Source of the DNA: Octopus vulgaris
Lineage: Eukaryota
Direction: 5' to 3'
Length of the DNA stretch: 124,000 nucleotides
Assembly (NCBI GenBank): GCA_951406725.2
Contig: OX597823.1
Span: 38,336,001-38,460,000, forward strand
Each line of letters begins with the position of its first letter. The stretch's first letter is position 1. Below, one piece after another: positions 45,607-59,516 of the stretch. A program made the translations under genes and the position numbers. The notes under the pieces were generated by a model. It ran no database searches, had not been told where the DNA came from, and was given only the letters and a program-made list of their open reading frames with translations.

Positions 45607-48600
45607 GTAAGTATTTTTCATTCTGCATGGGTCACTCTCATATTCTGCTCATTGTACAGTTTTATAAATCTTGTCTCAGATTATTTCTTTATCTGTGATC
45701 AATGTTTCCTTTAGCTAAGCAGTTTGATTCCTTGAAAATCATTCAATTATATATTGTTATAGATAATTCCTATGATAAAAATTTCAAAAATTTGAGGCAA
45801 TTATCTAACAGAATTTTACTATAATAAATTCACTTAGAAGAAGAATATATATTCAAAGTAGAAAAGTTATGGAGACAGATACTTTGATATCAACTACTGT
45901 TTGCTATTGTGATGGAATGGAAAATAAACCACATTCTAGTTATTTCATTGTTGCTGTTAGCAATTAATGTGAAAATATTTAAAGCATCAGGGTTTGTTTG
46001 ATCAATCATTTCTTCTTTTGTAATAAACTGATTTCAGAAATCTAGAAATGGGAATTTTAAAACATTAATATGTATTTGTTCTTCACATAGCACCTAGATA
46101 ATGTTTGAAGCTGTAACCAAAAGTTTGGCTTTCATTTCACAATTCACCGACATATATATATATATCAATAAATTGTGAAATGAAGGCTAAACTTTTGTTA
46201 ACTATGGGACAAATTATTTTCCCGATATTGCTGCAGCATTTTTTTTTTTTTTAGTTAGTAATAATTGCAGTTAATAGCAATATAAACTGAAAAACTTTTG
46301 TTTATTTTCCTGTCTGAGAAGATGGTAGTTATAAGGTGTGGTGATAAAGCAACTGCCTCCATATATAAACTCATTTTCTTTTATTGAGAACTGATATATA
46401 GCTTTCTCATAGTCATAATTATGGAAACTTTTCCATTTATTCAAAGATTAGTCTTACCTTCTCATTTTCAATATCTTAAAAATCAACATTATTATCAAAA
46501 ATCTTTCATGGACACTTCATTATAAAATCTGAAAGCAAACATTTCGATAACATATATTGTTGCCATTTAATCATTTTTCTCTTCATATTTTAAACTCAAA
46601 AATTCTCTGAAAAATGTAATTTTGTAAATTCATAAAGAAAATCACAAATTTCTCAGTAAACCTTCAGAAATATAATGAAAAAATATCCAAAGTAAATATT
46701 TGAAGTAAATAATATTCCTCCCTTTCACTAAGCTGTATATCATGTAAATTCTATATATAGTATTTGTTTGTGCTTGTGTATAATCATTGTTTTCACATAA
46801 ATGGCCTTTTTTGGTAGCATTTTAATGATTCACTGAGCTGCAATAGTCTATCTCTGTAATTTGTGTTGTGTTTTCAGTGTTCAAATAAAATTAGTGAAAT
46901 CTCACTCTACAAGCTTTATATTTTATTCAGTGTTTTGTAGTTAGATCAGTTTGAGATAAATATCAGTTGTGAAAAGTTAGAAATAAAAGACAAATTAACA
47001 ATTATATGAAATCCTCATTTAGAAGTTTTGTAACATGAAAACCTGATGACTCATAACAAAAGTATAATCGTTAACATCTATTTTGATAAATGTCTAATAT
47101 ATCAAATGAATATCATGAAGTTTTGGTTATTTTTTTCAACATTATGAAAATAGAAATGAAAAAATTTATATAATTGTTAATTTTCTGCTTAATTTATTAC
47201 ATTTGATGTTTGTCTTTATTTCTCTGTGGTTTTCTAAATAGTTGAGTGTTGTGTATTGATGACTCATTTTCTTTAGTTTGGTACAATGTCAGCAACTTTG
47301 AAGAAACTCTTGTAAACAAGTAACTCTTTCAACAGTATTCGTGATTTGAAGAACTAAAACCATTCTGTCACTCTCTGTGCCGCTCATGCTCTCATTCATT
47401 TACTCTTTCTCCTCTCTCCATCCTCTCTTTCTTTTTTCTCTCACCTCCATACATATCATATATTTAACAAAGTTTTAAAATTAGAGATTCTCTAATCAAA
47501 AAAGCTAAGAAAGAAATATATCTGTGGAACATATTGATGTTTCTTGTAATATTGGTTACTACAAGCCATGTGTTGTAATTAAAACCTAAATGTAATCAGT
47601 ATAAAGTGTTCTACTTTAATCAGGTAGGTAGTTAACGTGCATGTATTAGTTTTTGTTATCCGTAATTCTTTGTGAAATTGAAAAGATTTTCTTCCATAAG
47701 CAGTAAAATTTATCCAATGTTGCACAACTTGCTGTAGCTGACTTAATTAGATTTTAATATTTTCTATGTGTCATAAATTCTCATTATTAATGTAGTGTCT
47801 GTCACAATATTTCAATGAACTATTGTAGTTTTTGCTACTGTTTACTACCAATCATCCAGAAATTATTTTGAGCAGTACTGTAATTATAAATATAAAAAGC
47901 TTCATATATACAATTGTTATTTTGATAATTCATTCAGAAATATCAATATATATATATGCATGCACACAAATACACACACACATTATTGCATTGACAGTAC
48001 TTTTTCTATTGATAAAATAAAATACTGCCAGAATCTGAAATTTTCTTGTTATTGAAAATTAAATTGTTTATTTCACCAATATCATCTTAATATTATTTTT
48101 TCTTTTTTTGTCATTTTGACAGAAATTTTGTATTTCATGATGAAAATATTTGGAGTGCCACTGTCATAATTTTAGTCTGTCTAGAATGTTATATAAATGT
48201 TAAAAAATAAATTGGATAAAATTATGGATAAAATTTTCAGATCCAATTCAGATCCAATTCAGCTTTGTAAATTTTATTTTAAGTTCCTCTTTAACTGTCA
48301 AATAATATAAAATTGAGGTAAAGCAGCAACTCAGTTTGAAGTTCTGTATGAATTTTAAAATTATTGTTAGAGTTTATAACATATTTTTCTCTCTGAACTA
48401 CCTAAAGTATATTATACTTCTGGGTCTAAAGAGATTAAGACATTGTTGAAAACTCCTTCATATCAAAACTTCTGTTTGGAAAAACCTATTTAATATTTAT
48501 AACCTGTCAATATTATTAACTCTAATAACATTCAATATTATTATTTTTGTTGCAACTTTTTTATGTTTTAATTACATTCATCGTATGTTTCAAACATTAA

Positions 48601-51041
48601 ACAGACTTTGACATAGCCACTTTTGTACAAGTATGTTATATGTCATTCTGTGTTATTTAATATCAAATGTTGCTTATTATATTTCTTTATTCCATTCATT
48701 TAGTTATAGTGAAACAAAATGAACATTTTAAAGGAATATGAAACTAAGTCTTTTGTTTTTCAAGACAAATGTCCTCATCAGAGGGAATGTCCTTATTAAC
48801 CATTATTGAGAGAAATGGAAATAGAAAGTACATACCTCACTCCATTTATAAGTTGATCCTTGTTTTTGGAATCAACTTGTTAGCATATCAACTTCTGTTT
48901 CTTAATAAAATGGACTGTACTATTTGCAGCTTCACACCATCTGAATTGTTTACCAAATTCTGCAATGTTTTTTTTGTCCATCTCTCTGTATATGAAGGTT
49001 GCACTTGAATGTGTTGATAAACTATTCACTTTTTCTATCCTAGCTGGCAACTGGTAGAACAGCTTCACAAACTTGCCCAAACTAGTTTGATCAACACCAG
49101 TTAAATTTGAATGTCTATTCAGTGTATACCAGCATCATATTAGCCAAGGCTATACATTCTGTCCTTTACTTCTTGGAAAGATGCCCATATGGTCAACTAA
49201 TGCTCTAGACAGCACATCGTGTTACATTATTAAAAGAATGTGGACAATGACCTAATGCTATTTCCAGAGATAAGATCTGAAAGAAATACACCACTTTCAG
49301 TTATTACTCAGCTTAATCAATTCCACTGCATACTTGAACTGAGGCTGGGTGGTAATATGTAGTCTACTCAAAACAAAGGAAGATATATCTTCCTTTACTC
49401 AGCATTTGTAAACCTTTAGAACCTGAACTCCATGTGTGAACAAATGAAATTGCCCTCCACATCACCATTTCTAATGGGATTTAATATATAATATATCATA
49501 CAGAGAGATTTGGGACTCTTGTCTACAAAAGGCTGTGAGCCAGACTTTGTGACTGTAGATTATCAAATACTGTTATGAACTAGTCTGCTATCAAAGGGAA
49601 AAGGAACAACAATTATTTGACTTCTTTTAATCATTACTACTGTAGAGGAAGCTTGGAGAACTGGTTAAAAGGCAATAATGAACTTCCATCTGACATGGAT
49701 ATTTGTGCTGAAAATGTTTACAAGTTTTTACTGTTAAAAGTATTTGCTTTTACAAGGCCCTTGATACACTGTTATTTAAATGCCCCACACACATACACCT
49801 TACTTTCACATTGTTTCTTGTTCATCACTAACTTTCAACATAACTGTACTGACTTCTTTTCCAGGTCGTGTTAATATGTTTCATGATAAACACCCAACAA
49901 TTATCAGATAATCTTTATTAAAAAAGAAACCCTACTCCTTGGTGAAAGTCTGTCTTTGACAGTGTTATATAATTTTAAAAAATGAGGTGGATGTTATAAA
50001 AAATATTGTTATGCACAGTTGTTTGAAATTGAGCTTTCAGATAGTGAATTAGTGACAGACATCTTATTGATATATTATCTGATTTTGGTTTGACGAATTG
50101 ACTGTATAAGTCACAACAGTGAACAGTTTCTGGCTAGTAAATTTAAAAACAGTTTTTTGCTTGGATGTATTCTAAAGAGCTGTTACAAAATCCAACAAGA
50201 AATCAAAATTCATGGTTAGAAAGGCAATACAATGTCATTACTTTACTCCTAATTTTTTTCCATGCTAGGATGAGTTAGATGAATATTATGGCACCTCACT
50301 GCTTGTTGCAGTATTTCATCATTTGGCACATACAGCAAAATTAATCTTTGCTTTTGTGTATAATGTAGTTTTTCTTTAGAGTAGGTTGGAGCATAGTTTT
50401 TACAGCTAGGTATTCTTCCTTTCACCATCCACTTCACAACCCAGATTGAATGTATTTTATTGAACCACTGATACTAGAAAGATTTTCTACAGCACAGCTA
50501 AACAGTCCTATCTGCATTATATCATTTTTTATTCCAACTTAATATTCTCCAAGACAAGTTGTTGGCACTACAACTTGCAGAGTCATGTCTCCTCTGGCTG
50601 TATTTTTATTTTTATTTTTTTTGAAGTGGTGACAATTTATTTTATTGGCTTCGGTTCACAAAAAGAATTGTTAAAAACAGATTTCTATGTTGACTGTTTT
50701 GATTTTATCTAATAAATAACCTGTTACAAAGTAGTTTCTTACATCATCCCATATTTCATTATTAAAGAATTAATTTTTGTAAATTAATAGAAATTTCTAA
50801 GGATCAATTATGGCTTATTGGGTTGGTTAAAAATTGAAATTTTATTTGGTAAAAGTATTTATTACTGTAGTGTTATTCATTAAAACCATTTTTTCTAGTA
50901 CTTTGCTTTGTTTTTTTATCATTTCAAGTTATTTAAGCATAAATGAGATCAACTGTTGAAATGAACATTTTACAACTCAGCTATGAATTGTAAAGATATT
51001 CTCAACAAAATAGTAAAGATATTCTCAACAAAATAGTAAAG

Positions 51042-51072
<31 letters not shown>

Positions 51073-52951
51073 TAATATAAAAACAAAATTGTAACAAAGT
51101 GAAAAATATAAATATTGTATATATAATTCAAATGTTAAAGAAACCTCTGACTCGCTCTGTTTAATTTAGTTAAATTTGTTTTAAATTAGTTTTTATTTAA
51201 TGAGAAATTGTGGATAGTCTGGGATTTATTCAAACAATGCAGGTCCCTTATATTTTATGATCCCAACTTTATAAAATCCATCTGTGTGAACAAACAAACA
51301 TAGGCATGTGTGTGCTTACAGAGAGAGGGGTGGGGGAGAAAGCAAAAAGAGAAGGTAAAATATTTGTAAATTATTTTTATTCCTGTTATGCTTTTGTTCT
51401 GGCTTGCAACAAACTTCTATTTTAATGTTATGAAATGAAGAAAAGATACAAAACAAAACAAACTGAAAATTGAAAGAAAACACTTGATTACAAATGTAAA
51501 ACTATTCACTTCATCTTTTGTGTGAAACTACTTCAAAAGAAAGTTTACTCCTTTCATGTACACTTAAACATAAACATATTCTGCTATTTATTGAAAATTT
51601 CTCATAGCAATAGCCAGTAATCAATATGTTGAACCCTTCTCAATACCTTAATCTTTTAAATCTGTAAATCTTCCACTTAATACTGTTTGGTAAATTTCTT
51701 TTGACCAATATTGCATCCAACCACCTTAGGGGAAGAGCAGTGATCAATACACTTGTGCCCCATTTCAGTAATGCTTTTAAAAGCATGGTATGTCATGTGA
51801 AGTTGCACAATGAAGTTAGTCCTTTCTAAAAGACAAAACCTATTTTAAAACTGAAAATTTAATGAAATATTAACAAAACTGTGCAAAAGATATTTCACAG
51901 GAAAATTACAGACATTTTGTACATCTGTCTGGTTTATTAAATCATCATAGTAGACATCAACAGTTCAAAGATAGGATCTACATATATAATATTTTAATAT
52001 CTATATACACTTACCTGCAGTTAATTTTACATTCAAATTACTATAAAAAATTCTACATCAGCTATTTTCATGATCATATCTTAGTTTAACCATTCAGTTT
52101 TAATAATAATGTGAACATTTGAAACACTTTTTTCCTTTTTAAGTTTAGTTAGCTTCAAAATCTTATTTTACTATTTGCTAATATATTTTCAGAGCAACTT
52201 TCTCAGCTATTGTTTTGTAGTTTGTTATTCTATTTCTGTATCTGAGATTGAAATTTCATTTATAGTAAGATTAACGTCACTGACTTTACTTTTTGTGTAT
52301 ATATTTACATCATCGTCATTGTCATCCTCGCTGTTGCTGTCACTGTCTTTTAATTCTACTCAAAATAATACTGACTTTTTTCCTCCTTACCACTGACAGC
52401 CATCTGATTCTCTTCATAGTCTGTCCACTGTCCTTCCTTATGTTAATTGTTATCTTTTCCTGTTTGTTTATCTATTTGGTCAGTAACTAAGCATCTCAGA
52501 TCTCAATATAAGTAGACCAAATCACATTTATACACAATGCTGCGGGCAAGATTAAATTTGTGATTTACTGTTGAAAAGACTATTTTGTTGATCGCTTGCA
52601 TACAATATTGATCTTTAGTCTTTAGTTAACTCTTTCTACATCCATCTCAATTATGGAATGGAAACATAGGATTCTTTGAAAACAGTTCGAATAGAACTGT
52701 TTTCAAAGAAAAGCTTTAGTGAAAATATATAAAAATGCATGAATATTATGGGTTAAAACTGTCCTGTAACATCTGAGAAGTTTCCTTGATATATGTTCTG
52801 AAAGCAGGATGTAGGCAGGAAATAAGTGTTGTATAGTATTTACTGATAAACACTAGCTCCTGGTTCAAAAAAAGGATTAGTTAAATCTTAGCAGTATATG
52901 ATGAAAGGCAAATGGACAACAATGCAAGATGAAACTAAAGACTGCTTGCTC

Positions 52952-52990
<39 letters not shown>

Positions 52991-55139
52991 TGCACACATT
53001 TAAACTTGAGTACAAGAAAACATCATTGAAATAGGATATATAATGAAATGGATTAAAAAAAATTATAAGCTATATAAGAAAATTTAAAAAGTAAACAAAT
53101 GTAAGCAGAAAATATATTTAAATTGACAAAATTAAAAGAAAATAATTTCTTCAAAGAAAACAAATATTTACAAAAGATCATGTATCTTGTTTAATGTTTA
53201 TTATCTTATTCCTTTATCTTTCTGCAAATTACCTATCTTTGTTGCGTATTTTAAGCTGAGATTATTAAAATTAGTTTGATTCTCTTTAATGTAAAATAAG
53301 CAAAAATATATTTTGATTGTTATATAATGAAGTCAGATAAATTCTATGTTGTTACTTAACAAATTTACAGACAAGATCAGTCAACTAAAAAATATATATA
53401 ACTTACACTAAAGTTGCTGATGTAATTTAAAATCTTGACATCAAAATCACTTTCATCTCTTCAATTTATAAACATGTTTATAATCGGTATTATGTTATGT
53501 ATTGTCAAGTTTTGATATTAAAAAACATTTTAAATTTACATAATTTTGAACCTCTGATCTGGTATAGAGATGCTGTAATTGTTGTTTAACCCCAGGTCAA
53601 ATCTGATCATATAGACCTATGATCAAAGTGTTGAAGCTATTACCATCCTGTCTCATTTTCTGATAATATATCCAATATCAAATGTGTTCTTTTAGAAGAT
53701 AGAGTATGGTTTGAGTGGAAATTAGCTGCTATTTACATAACAAATTGAGCATGCATTTAGTGATGTTTTTGTAAATGTTTTTACTCATAGAGAACCTTTG
53801 AAATACACATCTCTCAAGGAACTCCTACATAAAAATTACATTTTTAGGAGTTATTTTTAAGTAGATTCATGAAACTTTTCTCCTATTTGTTAGTTCATGT
53901 ATTGTTGTTTAGCCTCCTAGTCAGCCTGGATTGACAAGATAAACCTATTCCAACCATGGCCACCTTGTCTTTTATTCAGACATAATATATTTAGGACTTC
54001 ATTATCATATATGTTTTTCCTCTTTTTAAGACAAGTGTGTAATTTGATTAAGATTTGACTGCTATGTTTTGCAGGTCAAGCAACTATGTAGAAGCTTTGG
54101 TGTTAACTTGTTTAGTTCATATTGTTCATTATGTTGTGCTTCAGAAACCTTTGCTCTTTGGAACTTGCTAGAATTATCATCCAACTCCTTATCTGCTGTA
54201 TTTAGTTTTCCATATCCTACCACCTTTATTGCCCTTCTCTCTGCACCTTTCTGCTTCTCTTTATATTTTACATTAACAAGTCAGCATAGTCTGTCTTGGA
54301 ATTACATTTAGCTACATTTTACCTGCCAGTCATTGATCTTCTCCCCTCCATTACTTCTTTTACAAAATAATTAATACCACTCATCCATTCCTTCCGAGTC
54401 GTCTGCTCCTTTTAGAAACATTTGAAAGGAAATGGAAACTAACAAATAAGACAGATGATAGAAAGAAGAAAGAAAGAACTAACTGAGAAAACAGAAACAA
54501 CTCGGTTGACCAAACAGCAGAATATAGAGAGCTGACTTTGAAACTCAGTTATGTTTGTTTGAGTTTAGAGGAAGATCTTTATATAATAGCAGACATATCT
54601 TTAGGAAAATTATAAGTTTTCAACAGTAGTGTTATGTTGGATGGGCAACAACACCTGTCTTATTTCATAACCAGAAGATATATTTGACAGAAGTTGATAA
54701 ACATAGAAACAAAAGGACACTTTTTTCTGTATATATGTGGTGTAACTATTTGAGTGTATTCCAGTTCACTTCTATTATAGCCAATATCTGAAATTATACT
54801 GTTTGAAATTTTGGCACAATGCCAGCAATTTTAAGGAGAGGGGATTTAGTTTATTACATGAACTCCAGTACATGGCAGGTACTGAAAGGATGAAAAGCAA
54901 AGTGGACATCAGCAGGATTTGAACTCAGAACTCATTGATCACCATCATCATCATCATTATCATCATCATCATCATCTGCTTTCCATGCTGGCATAGGTTG
55001 GACAGTTTGACTGAAAACTGGTAAGTTGGAGTTTGGGGCCTGTACCAGGTTACAATCTGATTTGGCTAGATTTCTATAACTGGATGCCTTTCCAATGCCA
55101 ACCACTCTTAGAGTGTAGTGGGTGCTTTTTATGTGCCAC

Positions 55140-56580
55140 TGGCATAGGTGCCATTGACCTGACACTGGCATCAGCCGCAACTATGGTCTCACTTGGCTGG
55201 ATAGGTTAACACAAGCGCAGTATATTGCCAATGGTCTTGGTCACCTGTCACTGCCTCCATGAGGTTTCACTTGGTCTTCACAAGCACAACATATTTCCCA
55301 ACAATTGAAGAGTGCTTTTAATGGGCCAGTTACATGACACTGGCATTGGCCACGACTATGATCTCACTTGGCTTGATGTCATTGCCTCCGTGAGGCCCAA
55401 TGCATGAACAGTACTTTTTACATGCCACTGGCATGGGTGCCAGTCAGACGGCACTGGCATCGGCCATGACTATAATTTCACTCAGTTCGACAGGTCTTCA
55501 CAAGCACAGCATATTGCCCAATGATTGAAGGGTGCTTTTAGTGGGCCAGTTATGCAACACTCCCATCAGCCACAACTACGATCTCACTTGGTTTGATGGG
55601 TCTTCTCAAACATGGCATATCTCCAAAGGTCTAAGTCTTGTCATTGCCTCTGTGAGGCCTAACATTCGAAGATCATGCTTCACCACCTCATCTGGTGTCT
55701 TCCTGGGTCTACCTCTTCCACAGGTTCCCTCCACCATTAGAGTGCAACACTTCTTCATACAGCTGTCCTCATCCATACGCATCACATGTCCATACAAGTG
55801 CAGTTGTCTCTCTTGTATACCATATTTGATGCTTCTTATGTCCAACTTCTATCTCAGGACACTTACACTCTGTTGTGCATGCATACTGACATTACACATC
55901 CAGTGGGGCATACTAGCTTCATTTCTTACAAGCTTACACATGTCCTCAGCAGTCACAGCCCATGTTTCACTGCTGATGGCATGGCTGTTTGCACACAAGC
56001 ATCATACAGTCTGTTTTTCACTCTTTTGTTACCAGCAGAGGTAGGAGCTCTCTGAACTTTGCCCAACCTATTCTTATTCTACCAGCTATGCTCTCAGAGC
56101 ATCCACCCCTGCTGCTGACTTGGTCACTTAGATAATAGCAGCTATCAACTACTAGTTTTTCCCTTGGCATGTAATGGAATCTATTTGTGCATTTTCAGTG
56201 TTTATTGTACCTGTGCACCTTCCATACAAAAAAAAAACTATTTTTCCTGTTAACCTTCCTCTGATATTGCTGCACCTCTTATGTGTCCATAGCTTACACC
56301 GGGTACATCTTATGGAGTTTCTACCTATACCTTTTCTACAGATCAAGCAGGGATTTGTGATTTGTCTGCTTTCCTACTTACTAAGACTTTGGTTTTTTGC
56401 TAGGTTAAATCTAAGGCCCTTCAATTCTAGATCTTGTTTCCACACCTGAAACTTCTTCTCTTGTTCTGGTAGTGATTCAGCTATAAGAGCAAGGTCATCA
56501 GCATAGAGGAGTTCCCAGGGGTAACCTGTCTTGAATTCCTCTGTTATTGCCTAGAGGCAAGTATTTGTGCACTGATTATA
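55140..56580 (-). mobile_element. RTE-clade LINE 3' portion with repeated 3' UTR units
   Basis: ORFs 56152-56346 (ICRKGIGRNSIRCTRCKLWTHKRCS) and 55606-55845; 3-4 imperfect 100-140 bp repeats at 55140-55620. Confidence 0.75.
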
Positions 56581-57227
56581 GTATTTCTGTTGGTTGGTTT
56601 GGTTAGATACGTTATGGTAGCTAATTTGGTGCATCTAACTTTTGAGGTAAATTTCTAACAAGATAGAATGTGTAAGAAATACATCTGGAGCCAATGAAGG
56701 ACCAGTAGTTGTTATTTAGCTCCAGGTCAACACTTCACTATGAAAATTCCATCTTTTTAGATACATCTGTGACTACACTATCCATTATTATCCTTCCTTG
56801 TTTTAGACAGTGAACTTTGATTTGTTAGAGGTTTGACTGTTATTTCTTGTGACCATGTGCAAACAAACTACCAATAATATCCTTTAGTTACATCACTTGA
56901 TTTCAATCTTTCTCCTTAAGAATGTTAAAGAAAACAACACAAGTGAAATAATCAACATTGTTGTTTTTAGTATTCTTTTTTATCAAACAAAGGCCTGTTT
57001 ATTAACTTTTGTAAGAGAAAGGTAGTATAGACAGTTGAATCAGCCTGAAAAATAAAAATAACAATGTTGATGAATGATAATAGGTCAACTTTCTCTTGGG
57101 GTTGGTTTATACGCAATACATTATATCAAAGAGTGTGAGTAGGCTGATGATGGTTTAGTTGTTAGAATACCTTTAAACCAGTTGAGAGATTTGTAGTTGG
57201 TATCCTCTTATCTTCTACTGTTTATTT

Positions 57228-57520
57228 GTTTCAGTCATTTGACTGTAACCGTGCTGGAACACCATTTTGAAGGGTTTTAGTCAAACAAATCAACCCAAGG
57301 ACTTATTTTTTTAAGCCTAGTATTTATTCTATTGGTCTCTTTTGCTGAAGTGCTAAGTTTCAAGTGCATAAATACACCAACACCAATTGCTAAGCAGTGG
57401 TGACACACACACAGTGGGTTTCTTTCAGCTTTTGTCCACCAAATCCACTCACAAGGCTTTGATCGGTCCTAGGCTATAGTAAAAGACACTTGCCCAAGGT
57501 GCCATGCAATGGTACTGAAT
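57228..57520 (-). mobile_element. SINE whose 3' end resembles the CR1-group LINE 3' end
   Basis: ggtgttccagcacggttacagtcaaatgactgaaac on minus, with stem-loop cagtc-aaat-gactg. Confidence 0.7.
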
Positions 57521-59462
57521 CTAGAATCAAGTGATTAGGAAGCACACTTGTTACTACACAGCCATGCCTATGTTATTCATATTATATCAATAGTCAAGAT
57601 GATTTAGCTCCTAAAGACTATGTTTGCCTATCTTACTTTTGCTGTTGTTTTGCTCTCTGGTTACTCCTGATTCAGAAACCTATGAGCAAAAACATTTCAG
57701 CCTTGATCACGTGGTCTCTTTGTATATCAGGATCTAAATAAGTTCATCTTTTCTTTTTTTGATATATGGTAATGGTTTTTGAGAGACATTTGGTTGTTAC
57801 TTTTAATCTAGCAACAAATCATGTGGAGGCTTTCTTCTAAGCCTATATCATCAGTGGTGTTACAGTATTGTAATTGCCTTTTTTTTAAAACATGAAAATA
57901 TACTTTGAACAAAGTTTACTTGCTACTTTTTATTTTGACGCATTAAAATACTTGCCATCAGCTTGTGATTATTTGAAATTCAATTTAAATATGATTACAG
58001 AATGATTATGAAACATCTGGTCCAGCTTTTACTGCTTCTACCATTTTCACCAATCTTCCTACAAAACAATCCATTTTTTTTACTGTAATATGATTTTAAA
58101 ATATACTTATCTTGCGTTTAGCAAATGTTTATTTAAATACTTAGGGAATTATGTTAATATACATTTACTTGCTAATTTAATTTGTTTTATTTTCTAGTTA
58201 AATTGATTACTGTACTTATGAGATTTTTACTGTATTAATTTGAGCAGGTTTTGCTTTCTATTGTTCCTGAGATTTGTAGTTCTTTAGAAGTTTATCTGTA
58301 TTTTTATTTTCCCAGGGAGAGTATAATCCACTTCAGTTCCATGTGTTGCCCAGCTTGCTTAATAGATCTAAAGAAATTCACTTGTTTTTCTTATTTTTCT
58401 GTTAACTCCCCCCACTCCCACCACTACCACTGTCTGTGATAAATCCATAGAAGTGGTGATAAAGCAAGCACATGTAGGTCTGCTGCTGTAAATCCCTAGA
58501 TGGCCCAAACATAGAATGGACTAAGGGTGCATCACACTCCTACTTGAAATAAGTGTTTGAACAAAGTGAAGATGGAGCAGTAAGCACATTATTTGGTTTG
58601 GCCTGACTTTCTCTTGTAATGTTAAAACCAATATGCACATAATTTTTTATTGTATTCAAATATTCTCTTACTGGTCTCGATAGAAAAGTTTGCTAGTTTT
58701 CAGAAGATAAGGATTACAAACAATACAATATATTTCAATTATTTACAGTATATCTAATTTGTTGAGGTTTGATATCTTATAGTTTGTTTCATTCTAACAA
58801 TTCCCTTTCTAAAATGTTGTGTTATTTAAAATTTCCTTATTGACACTAGACTACTATTCTAAGCTTTATATATATCAATTTTTTTTTATGGAAATATCTT
58901 CTGTTCTTATCAGAATTTTTGAAAAGTTATAAAATTTGAATTAAGAATTTTATAAAAAATCTAACAAGCTTATTGATTTTATTGATCACCTAACAGAAAT
59001 GCTTGCCAGCAAGATAATTTGATTTGAATTTGCATAACACTCTTAAATAACAAATCCTTGTCCTGGAAATTCTCTCACTGGTAATTTATAAAGAAACTCT
59101 TCTTTCCAATGTTGTAGAAATATATAACCAGTTTTGAATTGTGATGAGTTGGTGTAACATGTCAAAAGAAAACTTCTCAACATCAACATGAGATATTTAG
59201 ATAAGTGTAGGAGATAAAACAACAGCAAAAAAGGACTACTAGTACTTTAGTCATTGACATTTCTGCTTTAAAAAGTAGTCATGGTGTAGATTTCAATAAC
59301 TGATTTTTCTGATAACTCTTATGAGGAAATACAATATGTTGATATTCTTTTCTTTAATATTTGTTAGCCTGCATAGGAGGAGCAGTACTTATGAACTGCA
59401 CAGTTCTTAACAGATTAGCAAAGCAAATTTTTAATAGCAACAGGAGGGAGAGAGAGAGAGAA

Positions 59463-59516
59463 ATGACACTGTTCAGTGGAAATTTGGTACTGGAGGAGAA
59501 CAGGCAAGTCTATCAG
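59463..59516 (+). CDS. Weak candidate alternative first coding exon MTLFSGNLVLEENRQVYQ
   Basis: ATG after a GA tract, 18 open codons, cag|gtagtg in phase 0; could be chance. Confidence 0.25.
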
